This document shows positions 27,201-35,800 of a stretch of 64,000 nucleotides of DNA, one piece after another; the first letter of the stretch is position 1, and every line of letters starts with the position of its first letter. The stretch comes from Verrucomicrobiaceae bacterium (lineage in GTDB: Bacteria > Verrucomicrobiota > Verrucomicrobiia > Verrucomicrobiales > Akkermansiaceae): positions 32,001-96,000 of the forward strand of contig JBPOGH010000006.1 of assembly GCA_051252135.1 (NCBI GenBank), in the 5' to 3' direction. The notes beneath the pieces were generated by a model. It did not search any database and was not told the origin of the DNA. It saw nothing but the letters and a program-made list of their open reading frames with translations. Both the position numbers and the translations under genes were made by a program.

Positions 27201-27245
27201 TCCGAGGGGGAGGGAGAGGGCCAAGGTGAGGATGAGAGATCGCAT
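24222..27245 (-). CDS. Planctomycete cytochrome c / DUF1549 / DUF1553 domain protein
   Basis: Signal peptide; CYACH and CAQCH haem motifs; IDRFIL, WLDVARYADS, HPELLDWLA and TPLQALVTLN. Confidence 0.93.
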   Translation of the reverse strand: MRSLILTLALSLPLGAKIDFATQVQPILSNNCYACHGPDEAAAEADLRLDQRELALKGGDSGSAITPGDASNSLLIQRVTTTDPDDHMPPLGKKDPLTPEQISILTDWINEGAEWGTHWAFSPPTRPTPPDVKNTTWPKNDIDRFILAQLESADLQPSAPAKPRTLLRRLHLDLVGLPPSLSDLSTFQISNLDSQISNLLSSPHHGEKWGREWLDVARYADSAGYEKDLPREMHFYRDWVVNAINSDMSYDDFVIKQIAGDLLPNATRDDHIATGYLRHSMANEEAGAKLEQFRIEGIYDQMDAIGKGVLGITTQCAQCHTHKYDPLTHDEYFGMFAYLNSIRETSRPAYSKTDHQKIARIKKATSDIESRLKSETPAWQADFRQWQSDLLALPRTEWIVQDLAQFGDDGQKYQNRPDGSLINQGYAATMMTAPFQHQPTTLDTVSSVRIELLNDPYLSLNGPGRSMAGTAALSEYQLKVNGKNANFKNAAASVNPPDAKLDPMRYPLNAERGPDDRITGHAAYAIDGNDKTAWTTDQGPGRSNDPQVLVFELTEPLQNAPSLDLKTFLSQRHGGINSDDNQTFNIGRFRLSFSSAIPNAFDSLPPLVKEALTAEKRTPEQESRLFSHWRSLNPNFASYNEQIESLWKSHPVPAVALVASKVASPRVTRLLDRGDYTQPKHEVTPHVPAFLNPLPEGDPHSRLTFAKWLVAPDSPTAARTLVNRIWQSYFSTGLLETPEDLGLQSPRPSHPELLDWLAVELMENDWSMKHIHRLIVSSATYQQDSTHKSLLREKDPKNRLLARGPRFRVPAETLRDIQLTTSGLINLDLGGRCVFPPAPAFLFQKPASYGPKIWHTEMDSQRYRRALYTFRFRSVPYPMLAAFDAATGDAACVRRTISTTPLQALVTLNESMSVEAAVALGARILETSIAQAFEHCTSRPPNTEELAVLQNLFDQQKQNITPESATQLITTYKPLPLDLKTHNPVHLAAATAVAQTLLNLDETMTKN

Positions 27246-27316
27246 GTTGGGGAAAGATACGTGAGTGGAGTGCGTTTTTCCATGTCATACAGATTGAATT
27301 TTGGTATTTTTCGCTC

Positions 27317-28015
27317 ATGCGCGGTTTGCAGGAGTTATTTGAGCATCTTCCGATGGTGGTGTTTTGGGTGAAGGATCGGGAGGGGAGATTTGTGCGATGT
27401 AACCGGAGGTTTGAGGACTTCCACGGGCTGGGACGTGGTGAGTGGAAGGGGATGACGGATTTTGATTTGCATGCGCCGGAGATGGCGGCGCGGTATCGGG
27501 AGGAGGATGAGCGGGTGATCGAGGCGGGAGAGGCCTTGCCGAACGAGGTGTGGATGGTGCCGGACCGGAAGGGGGTGCTGCATTGGTGGGTGTCGACGAA
27601 AGCGCCGGTGATGAGCCCTGAAGGGGAGATTTGCGGGGTGGCGGGGGCGATGTATGAGATCGCGGATGCGGCGGGGATGATGAGTCCGTATGATCGGCTG
27701 GAGGGGGCGCTGACGCTGCTGCATCAGGAGTATGGGAGGACGTTGAGCGGGGAGGAGTTGGCGAAGGCGTCGTTTCTTTCGGTGAGTCAGTTTAACCGGG
27801 TGTTTCGGGAGGTGATGGGGCAGTCGGTGAAGGAGTATCTCAATTCACTGAGAGTGGAGATGGCGAAGGGGTTGTTGTTGCAGACCGACAAGACGCTGGC
27901 GGAGATTGCGGGGGAGGTGGGGTTTTATGACGGGAGTGAGTTTGGGAAGAGGTTTAAGAAGAAGGAGGGGGTGACGCCGAGGGAGTATCGGGGGAGGTTG
28001 AGGATTGGGAATTAG
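27317..28015 (+). CDS. AraC-family transcriptional regulator with PAS sensor
   Basis: FWVKDREGRF PAS motif; C-terminal IAGEVGFYDGSEFGKRFKK.EG.TP..YR. Confidence 0.92.
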   Translation: MRGLQELFEHLPMVVFWVKDREGRFVRCNRRFEDFHGLGRGEWKGMTDFDLHAPEMAARYREEDERVIEAGEALPNEVWMVPDRKGVLHWWVSTKAPVMSPEGEICGVAGAMYEIADAAGMMSPYDRLEGALTLLHQEYGRTLSGEELAKASFLSVSQFNRVFREVMGQSVKEYLNSLRVEMAKGLLLQTDKTLAEIAGEVGFYDGSEFGKRFKKKEGVTPREYRGRLRIGN

Positions 28016-28109
28016 GAATTGGGTTGAGTGAGGTGGCCTTTTTTGATGCGTCTATTGAGGAAGGCTTGTTGGTGTGGAATGTGCATGGCATTCTGTTGTG
28101 GTGCCGAAG

Positions 28110-29507
28110 ATGAGGAAAACGCGGATTATTTGCACTCTGGGTCCCGCGACAGAGTCACCTGAGAAGTTGAGGGAAATGATTGCCGCGGGGGCTGACGTTT
28201 TCCGGCTGAATATGAGTCATGCGGAGCATGGTTGGTGTCACGATGTGGTGAAGCGGATTCGGGAGGCGTCCAAGGATGTCGGACGGACGGTGGGAGTGCT
28301 TTTTGATCTGCAGGGACCGTCGATCCGGACGGGAGATGTGGAGGGGAAGATTTTGCTGGAGAAGGGTGATCAGGTGGAGTTTCGGGTGGAGGGATCGGAG
28401 CCATCGATTGAGAAGTCGACGACGGTGAATTATGCGGGGTTGATGAAGGATGTTTCGGAGGGATCGGAGCTGACGGTTGATAACGGGGAGCTGCTGATGA
28501 AGGTGGGGCGGATGGCGGAGGACCGGATGATTTGCGAGGTGATCACGTCGGGATCGATGGGGTCGCGTCGGCATATCAACTTGCCGGGAGTGCGGCTGAA
28601 TTTACCGGCGTTGACGGAGAAGGATCACGCGGATTTGAAGGTGGCTGCGGAGTGCCATGCGGATTTTGTGGCGGGTTCTTTTGTGCGCGATGCGGGGCAT
28701 GTGCGTGAGTTGCGCGCGGCGCTCAAGGCAGCGGGCGGGACGGCGCAAATTGTGTCGAAGCTTGAGGATCAGGAGGCGATGAAGCATTTGGATGACATCA
28801 TTCGGGAGTCTGATGTGATCATGGTAGCGAGGGGTGATTTGGGGATTGAGGTGCATGTGGAGGAGTTGCCGATTATTCAGCGGCGGATTGTGAAGCGGTG
28901 CCATGAGATCGGGCGGCGGGTGATTGTGGCGACGCATATGCTGGAGTCGATGATCAGCAGTCCGACGCCGACGCGGGCGGAGGTGACGGATGTCTCGAAC
29001 GCGGTTTATGAGGAGGCGGATGCGATCATGCTTTCCGGAGAAACGACGGTTGGTAAATATCCGGTGCGCTGTGTGGAGCTGATGGATCGGGTGGCGCGAC
29101 GGATTGAACGGTCCGGAGCGTTGGGGTATGGCGGGAGCGCGACCCTGAAGACGGAGAAGCAGAAGACGATCAAGGCGGCTCTGGGGCTGGCGGACTCGAT
29201 TCCGGATGCGTTGGTGGTGGTGTTTACGAAGTCGGGTGCGACGGCGCATCAGGCGGCGTTGCTGCGGCCGAAGTCGGCAATTTTTGCGTTCACGCCGGAT
29301 GCGGAAGTGTGTCAGGCGCTGACGCTGTCGCGCGGGGTGCGGTCGTTTGAGGTGCCGTTTTCCGAGAAGCCGCGGGATACGATATCGGCTGCGGTGGACT
29401 TGCTGAGAAGTCAGCGGGATGTGGAGCAGGGGACGCCGCTGGTGGTGGTGAGTGATATTTTACACCAGGATATGTCGGTGGATTCGATCCTTCTGGTGCA
29501 TGCTTAG
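28110..29507 (+). CDS. pyk: Pyruvate kinase
   Basis: RKTRIICTLGPAT, RLNMSH, MVARGDLG, PTRAEVTDV and MLSGET. Confidence 0.97.
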   Translation: MRKTRIICTLGPATESPEKLREMIAAGADVFRLNMSHAEHGWCHDVVKRIREASKDVGRTVGVLFDLQGPSIRTGDVEGKILLEKGDQVEFRVEGSEPSIEKSTTVNYAGLMKDVSEGSELTVDNGELLMKVGRMAEDRMICEVITSGSMGSRRHINLPGVRLNLPALTEKDHADLKVAAECHADFVAGSFVRDAGHVRELRAALKAAGGTAQIVSKLEDQEAMKHLDDIIRESDVIMVARGDLGIEVHVEELPIIQRRIVKRCHEIGRRVIVATHMLESMISSPTPTRAEVTDVSNAVYEEADAIMLSGETTVGKYPVRCVELMDRVARRIERSGALGYGGSATLKTEKQKTIKAALGLADSIPDALVVVFTKSGATAHQAALLRPKSAIFAFTPDAEVCQALTLSRGVRSFEVPFSEKPRDTISAAVDLLRSQRDVEQGTPLVVVSDILHQDMSVDSILLVHA

Positions 29508-29518
29508 GGGGGAAATTT

Positions 29519-29662
29519 AAACCGCAGATGGACAGGATGAATGGGATTTCCCGGGTTGAGGGGGAGGCCCGGGCGTGGGCAAATTGTGGGAGTGGAGGCG
29601 GTGTGGTTATGGGGAGGCTTGTTCACTCGGAGTCACGGAGGATGCGGAGGTTTCCGCAGAGA
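29519..29662 (+). repeat. Mosaic repeat array B (degenerate)
   Basis: AACCGCAGATGGACAGGATGAATGGGAT (27/28 identical to 31259-31286), GGTTGAGGGGG linker and CGGAG-core short repeats. Confidence 0.7.
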
Positions 29663-29667
29663 AGGGT

Positions 29668-30117
29668 TTATTTTTTGAAGGGAGTATTTGGATCAAAGTG
29701 GTTGATCGAGATGAGGGGGTGGGTTTGATCTTCGACTCCATTGGAAATGGGGTGGAGTTTCGATTTAGAGCCATTTTGGATGAGCTTCCATTGCGTGGCG
29801 TAGAGGGGCAGTGCTGAAGGTGACTCCTCTGGTGTGTGCAGAATAAGGGTGTTTTCCTCAATAGAGAAGGTGCCCGTGTAGGGGTAGTTGGCCTCAGTCG
29901 GAATGTCCGAATAGAACCAGTAGAAATAGCGGTCTCCTGAGATGGCGAGGGCGATCTAACCATCCAGGTTGGACTGCATGACCCAGGCTTTATCGAAGTT
30001 CTGAGGGAGAGTTGAAATCGATTTGTTGAGATCGGTTGATATGGGTGAATTTTTCTCGTCTCTGCAACTCACTACAGCAAGGGACGTAATGATTACAAAC
30101 GAGAGGAATGGTTTCAT
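29668..30117 (-). pseudogene. Lipoprotein gene interrupted by one in-frame TAG
   Basis: MKPFLSFVIITSLAVVSC...LDG*IALAISGDRYFYWFYSD...PFKK*; TAG at 29956-29958 (codon 54 of 150); frame open on both sides. Confidence 0.7.
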
Positions 30118-30572
30118 TTTTTGCGGGTGATTGGACCGGGGCGGAATGATTCGTCTTGGGGTGGTTCCGGGAGGAGGAGAAGTTCCCCGGAATCTTCGAC
30201 AAAGCGCATGTAGGTGGTCGCGCCGGTTTGGGAGGTGAGGTGGAGGTTCCAGTCGCCTCGCTGCCAGGTTCCTTTGATGGATTGTCCTTTTAAGTCGGCG
30301 CTGAAAGTGGCGTCGGGGTTGAGCCGGATGTTGTAGTTGTCGCCCTGCCAATGTCCGTGGGTGTCGGAATCAGATTTGATTGTGGGGTTCCATTCGTCGA
30401 TGCCCTGAGAAATGAGGAAGAGTGCGATCCAAGGGAGGAGGATGATGCTGATGCCGAAGGCGAGGCGGGCTTTTGATGTTTTGCCGCGAATGGCGATGAG
30501 GAGACCGATTACGAAGGACCCGATGATGATGGGTAGGATGAACAAGAATCCGAATGGTTCAGGAAGTGTCAT
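30114..30572 (-). CDS. Hypothetical membrane protein (2 TM helices plus beta domain)
   Basis: Two hydrophobic helices, then GHW...IRLNPDATF...GTW; 4-bp overlap with the next gene. Confidence 0.7.
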   Translation of the reverse strand: MTLPEPFGFLFILPIIIGSFVIGLLIAIRGKTSKARLAFGISIILLPWIALFLISQGIDEWNPTIKSDSDTHGHWQGDNYNIRLNPDATFSADLKGQSIKGTWQRGDWNLHLTSQTGATTYMRFVEDSGELLLLPEPPQDESFRPGPITRKK

Positions 30573-30588
30573 TCTTTGATCGGAGAGG

Positions 30589-31119
30589 TTATTGCTCCGG
30601 CTGGGGGATGGGCCAGATGGGGTCGTCTTGGGTGAAGAGTTTTTTATCGGGGCCGGCGGAGCGGAGTTCGAAGACGTCGCTGGAGATTGTGTGGATGTGG
30701 ATGGGGGTGCCCCAGCGGTCGATGATCATTTTTTCCTCGTTGAAGATGTGGGAGTCGGGGGAGACGAAGGGGGTTTTGTAGTTGTTTTTTCCGCGGAGGA
30801 GGGCGGAGAGGTCTTCGTTGATGGCGTATTGTTGGGTGTCGCGGCTTTTGAGGAGGAGGAAGACGTTGGTGAGGTAGTTGTAGAAGAGTTTGATGTCTTC
30901 CTTGCCATTGGAGGAGGGAGAGGCGTAGTCGGCGAGGATGCGGTCGCCCATGGCTTGTTCGGGGTATTCGCGGGCGGGAGGGGTTTCGGTGGATGGGGGT
31001 GGAGTGGATTGTTTTTGGGGAGATGGTTCCGCGGGGGGGGTGGAGAGGGAGTAGACGAGGAGCCAGAGAAGGCCGAGGATGAAGCCGACGGTGAGGACGA
31101 GGAGGAGGTGTTTGCGCAT
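30589..31119 (-). CDS. Membrane-anchored protein with GspG/T2SS-G-like C-terminal domain
   Basis: IDRWGTP...FELRSAGPDK..FTQDD motif; no prepilin G/F-T-L-x-E cleavage site. Confidence 0.65.
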   Translation of the reverse strand: MRKHLLLVLTVGFILGLLWLLVYSLSTPPAEPSPQKQSTPPPSTETPPAREYPEQAMGDRILADYASPSSNGKEDIKLFYNYLTNVFLLLKSRDTQQYAINEDLSALLRGKNNYKTPFVSPDSHIFNEEKMIIDRWGTPIHIHTISSDVFELRSAGPDKKLFTQDDPIWPIPQPEQ

Positions 31120-31120
31120 G

Positions 31121-31360
31121 GCGGTGGGCGGTGGACTGTGGGCGGTGGACGGGGTGGGAGGGGAGGAACCACGAAAGATACGAAATGGACGAAACTTGGT
31201 TGAGGGTTTTTGAACGCGAATTTTGCGAAGGTTGGGGGGCTTGGTTGGGGAGTTTTTTAACCGCAGATGGACAGGATGGATGGGATGGCTTGGTTGAGGG
31301 GGCTTGGTTGGGGGGGGGCTTGGTTGGGGGGGCAGAGCGGGACGCTCTTGCTCCTTATTT
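31121..31360 (+). repeat. Mosaic repeat array C
   Basis: GCGGTGG heptamers, three nonamer-type cassettes and one REP-like hairpin separated by CTTGGTTG(A/G)GGG linkers. Confidence 0.85.
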
Positions 31361-31361
31361 T

Positions 31362-32831
31362 TTAGAAGGTGTTGGGTTTGAGGAAGCCCAGGGGGAAGGT
31401 GGATTGGTCGGTGGGGTCGATGGTGGAGACGTCGAAGAAGTTGTCGAGGTTGGGGAGGACGGTTTCGAAATTTGAGGTGCCGGAGAGGCCGAACCAGAGG
31501 AGGAGTTCGGCGAAGAATTCGTCGACGGAAGTGGTGGGGAGGAGGCGTCCGCGGGAGCTGGTGTCATCGGGGCCGCCGAGGGTGAGGTCGGGGAACTGGC
31601 CGAGGACTTTTCCGCCATCGACGGGGCCGCCGAAGATCATTTGGTTTCCGCCCCAGGCGTGGTCGGTTCCGGAGCCGTTGGACTGGATGGTGCGGGCGAA
31701 ATCGGAGGCGGTGAAGGTGACTACGGAGTCGTCGAGGCCGAGTTCCTCGATGGCGGTTTGGAAGGCTTCGAGGGCGGGGGCGAGTTCGGCGAGCATGTCG
31801 TTTTGAGGGGTGAGGAGGGCGGAGTGGTGGTCCCAGCCGCCCATGGAGAGGAAGATGGTTTGGCGTCGGAGGCCGAGCTCGGGGCGGAGCTTGATCATGC
31901 GGAGGGCGCCGAGGAGGCGTCGGCCGATATTGGTATCGGGCATGGGGGTGGTGATGAAGTTATCGGGGACGGAGTCGAAGTGCTGTTGGACGAATTCCTG
32001 TTGTTCGACGCTGTCTTTGGTGAGCTCGGCGAAGGCCTTTTCCATCATGTTGGAATATTCCTGTTCCATGAGGGAGCGGACGACGAGGTTCTTTTGGAAG
32101 GAGGGGTGGTCGGCGTCGTTGTCGTTTTGGGAGAACGTGAGCGCGCCATTGGTGGTCATGACGAATTGCTGGGTGTTTTGTCCGACCTGGAAGATGTTAT
32201 TTCCATCGAAGGACAAGCTCATAGAAGTGAGGTCCTGGTTGTGGGTGGTGTGGAGGCAGTCGGCGATGCGGCCGGCCCAACCGGTGAGTTTTTCGGCACC
32301 CAGGGGCAGGGAGGTTTGCCATTGTTCCTGCTGATCAATGTGGGAGAAGAGGGAGCGGGGGAGGGGGTGGGATCCGCTGGAATACTGGGCCATGTCGGTG
32401 GGCTGGACGAGGGTGCCGACATTGGAGACGAACGAGAGACGGCGTTTGGCGGTGTCACCGCCGAGGCCATTGAAGAGAGAGCGGATGCCGGAGGTGGCGG
32501 GGTGGAGTCCGTAGCCGAGGCCATCGCCTCCGGCGATTTGGTTGAGTCCGAGGAGGGAGGTGTCAGCGAGGGCGACATTTCCGCGCGCGGCGGCGTATTG
32601 GGAGTAGCGGGCGTCGGAGGGGACGAGGAGGTTGAAGGAGTCGATGCCGCCGTGGAGGAAGACGCAGACGAGGGTTTTGCGGTCGGTGCCGGTGGCGGGG
32701 AGTCCATCGGCGACGGCGTTGTTGGCCATCTTCAGATTGAGAAGAGTGGACATGATGGTCGAGGAACCGAGAGCGGTGCAGGCGGATTCGCCGAGGAACT
32801 TGCGGCGGGAGAGGTTTTGGAAGGGAGTCAT
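31362..32831 (-). CDS. DUF1501 family protein (Tat substrate, DUF1800 partner type)
   Basis: LSRRKFL, VFLHGGIDSFN, LFSHIDQQ, GGWDHH, SDFART and GTDHAWGG. Confidence 0.92.
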   Translation of the reverse strand: MTPFQNLSRRKFLGESACTALGSSTIMSTLLNLKMANNAVADGLPATGTDRKTLVCVFLHGGIDSFNLLVPSDARYSQYAAARGNVALADTSLLGLNQIAGGDGLGYGLHPATSGIRSLFNGLGGDTAKRRLSFVSNVGTLVQPTDMAQYSSGSHPLPRSLFSHIDQQEQWQTSLPLGAEKLTGWAGRIADCLHTTHNQDLTSMSLSFDGNNIFQVGQNTQQFVMTTNGALTFSQNDNDADHPSFQKNLVVRSLMEQEYSNMMEKAFAELTKDSVEQQEFVQQHFDSVPDNFITTPMPDTNIGRRLLGALRMIKLRPELGLRRQTIFLSMGGWDHHSALLTPQNDMLAELAPALEAFQTAIEELGLDDSVVTFTASDFARTIQSNGSGTDHAWGGNQMIFGGPVDGGKVLGQFPDLTLGGPDDTSSRGRLLPTTSVDEFFAELLLWFGLSGTSNFETVLPNLDNFFDVSTIDPTDQSTFPLGFLKPNTF

Positions 32832-32849
32832 GGAATAGTGAGTTATTTT

Positions 32850-35800
32850 TTAGCGTTGGATGGCTCCTTCGGGGGACATGATGGCGAGGTAGATGGCGAG
32901 GCGGACGCGGCCGGAGTGGTCGTCGGGGTCGATGGTGTCGAGGGAGGTTTTGATTTGTGAGCGGGTGGTGGCTGACATGGATCCGCCGCAGATGAGGAGG
33001 TTGAGCTTGTCGATGAGGGCTTCGTGATCCTGGGCGTAGGGGAGGAGGTCGCTGTAGTCCGGGGTGAAGTGGTAGCGGCCGCCCATTTCGAAGCCATCGA
33101 CGACGATGTCCCAGAGGGTGTTGGGGACGGAGACGGCGGTGTAGGAGTTGGTGATCTCGAAGACGGGGCCGTCGAGGTTTGCGTCATCGAGTGCGCCGGG
33201 CGGGGTGTAGTCGGGGCGGTAGAAGTTGAAGACGGTGGGGGCGGAGTAGGGGGCCTGGAAGGTTTCTTCGAGGAAGGTGTCGTAGTCCCACCAGAGGGCG
33301 TTGCCGGAGCGGTTGAATTTTCCGAGTCGGGCGAGGTGCATGGTGCGGATGACGGGCTCGCGGAGGATGCCGAAGTTTGCGCCGGCGGCGATGCCGGGGT
33401 CACGGGCTTCGGGGTCGGTGAGGATGGCGGTGACGACGGCTTTGAGGTCACCACGGACGCCGCTGCCGTTATCGATGAAGACATTTGAAATGCGTTCGAT
33501 GAATTGGGGGGAGGGATTGCTGGTGATGAGGAACTGGATGAGGCTTTTCGAGATGAAGGGGGCGCAGGTGGGGTGCTCAACGAGGTGGCGGATGGTGTCA
33601 CGGATGTCCTGGAGACCGTTGGCTTGCGAGGGGGCGCGGGCGGGGATGACGAAGCCGTTGAGGAGGGTCTTTTCGTTGAAGTCGTGCTGGTCGGTGAACA
33701 TTTCCATGGGGACGAGGAAGTCGGCGTCCTGCCAGCCGCCGGATCCCCAGGGGTTTTTGCCATACCAGAGGCCGGTGAAGACGCGGGCCATCTCGGTGAT
33801 TTGGGTGTTGGTGTAGGTGGGGATGGGCTGGCCTTGTCCGTCGAGTTTTTGGGTGCCGTCGTTATTTAACTCCCAGAGTCCGATGGAGAAGAGCTGCATG
33901 ACTTCGCGGGCGTAGTTTTCATCGGGGAAGCGGTTGAGGGCGAGGTCGGGCGGTTGGTTGCCGACGTGGGAGAGGTAGAGGCCCATGCAGGGGTCGAGGG
34001 AGACGGCGAGGAGGAGGTCGTAGTAGTTCCCGAAGGCCTGATCGATGAGGCGGTCGTAGTATTTTGAAACGGCGAGGGGGCGGTTGTTGAGGCCGGCATC
34101 GCGGCGGGAGATGACGAGGATTTGGGAGAGGGCGAAGGCGACGCGTTGGCGGAGTTGGTCGGGGCCGGAGATGGCGGCGCGGGCGAAGGAGGATTGGACA
34201 TTGTGGCCGTTTACGAAGTCGCTGAGTTCGTTGTAGGAATAGTGCTCGAGCTTGGTGCGGGGGCCATCGAAGTCGGCCATGATTTCCTCGATGTAGTCGC
34301 GGTGGTGGGTGGCTGGTTGGTTTTCGATTTGGTCGGTGATCCAGGCGTTGATGCCCATGGAGCGGACTTTTTCGATGTCGGCGATGGTGGGGCCGAAGGT
34401 GGCCTGGAGGAGGAGGCGGGAGGCGTCGTGCGGGGTGGTGGATGGGGGAGGGGTGCCGGCGGAGAAGTTGGTCTGATTTTGGTAGAGGGAGTGGAAGGCG
34501 GCGAGGTCTCCGGAGACGGTGGTGTCGGGTGCGCCGTCGTTATTTGTGTCAATGGGGACGGCGCGGGCGAGGGAGCTGGCGGAGGTGGCGGAAGAGCCGA
34601 GGATGGATTCGTCCCAGTCGGAGAGTCCGTCGAGGTCAGTGTCGCGATCGGTGATGGAGGCGCGGAAGAATTGGCTATCACCGGTGGCCTCGGTGGTGAG
34701 GGAGTAGGTGTCGCCGATGAGGCCGGGGGCTTCGGGGTGGGTGGTGAAGGAGGTGAGGCCGGTGGCGGACTCGAGGGCCTGGGTTTTGTGGGCCATGTTG
34801 GGCCACTGGAGGTCGAGGAATCCGGAGGTGGATGAGGGGGCGGAGGAGAGGCGGAAGTTTGAGGTGGCATCAAGCGGATCGGTGCCGGCGATGGCCTCGC
34901 GGAGGTTGGACTGTCCGTCGCCATCGGAGTCGAGCGCGGGATTCAGGCTGCCGGTTTGGAAGTGGGATTCCCAGACGTCAGAGAAGCCGTTGCCATTGAG
35001 GTCGGTGGTGGCGGCGGGTGGGCTGGTGAAGAAGTGGGGCTTGCTGGTGGCGAGGAGGGGGTCGGTGAATTGGTCGGCTTCGACGTCGTCATTGACTCCG
35101 TCGTTGTCAGAATCCTGGTTGTTCGGGAGGGTGCCGAGGAGGGATTCGCGGAGGTTGGTGAGGTTGTCGGAGTCGGGGTCGAGGGCGGCGTCGGCGGGGT
35201 CGTTGGGATTGAGGGAGTGTGCGATTTCCCAGGCGTCGCTCATGCCGTCGTTATCGGCATCGGCGCAGTGGGCCATGCCGGGGAGTTGGTGGACGGGGGT
35301 GGCGGTGCGGAAGAGGGAGATGCCGTAGTCGAGATTGAAGTCCGATTGGTCGTTGATGCCATCGGAAGACCAGAGTGCGGATTGGTCGAGGATGGTGGAA
35401 GAGGGGATGACATCCGGGAAGGTATGGGAGGCGACGGTGGTGGCGGTTGTTTGGTTGATGATGGAGAATACGAGGGTCCAGGTGCCGGCGTTTTCGGTCG
35501 CCTGCATGCGGAAGGTGAGTGGGTCGGTGGTGTCACAGGGGCCGAAGCCGCTGAGTCCGAGGGAGGCGGTGATGTCGGCGTTGTTGGTGATGTTGTTATC
35601 CCAGCCTCCGGAGTTGGAGAATCCTCCGTTGGCCCAGGAATTGAAGGAGTATCCGAGGCCGCCATTTACCTCGCGGAGGCGGAAGCGGAAGGTGCGCCAG
35701 TTGTTGCTTTGGACGCGGTTCAGGACGTGCCATTCGATGGCGGTGCGGGCGTGGCCGCCGGAGAGCTCGATGGGGACGTTGCGGTCGAAGACGAACTGGA

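Noticed and set aside
29956..29958. Pyrrolysine or genetic-code reassignment of TAG
   Set aside because: TAG is the normal stop of pyk, purD, pyrC and others here, and no pyl genes are seen.
29607..29963. 118-aa ORF in the track
   Set aside because: It is an off-frame shadow; the protein-like reading continues the lipoprotein frame past the TAG.
30589..31119. True type II secretion pseudopilin
   Set aside because: No prepilin peptidase motif and no T2SS operon; only the C-terminal motif is similar.
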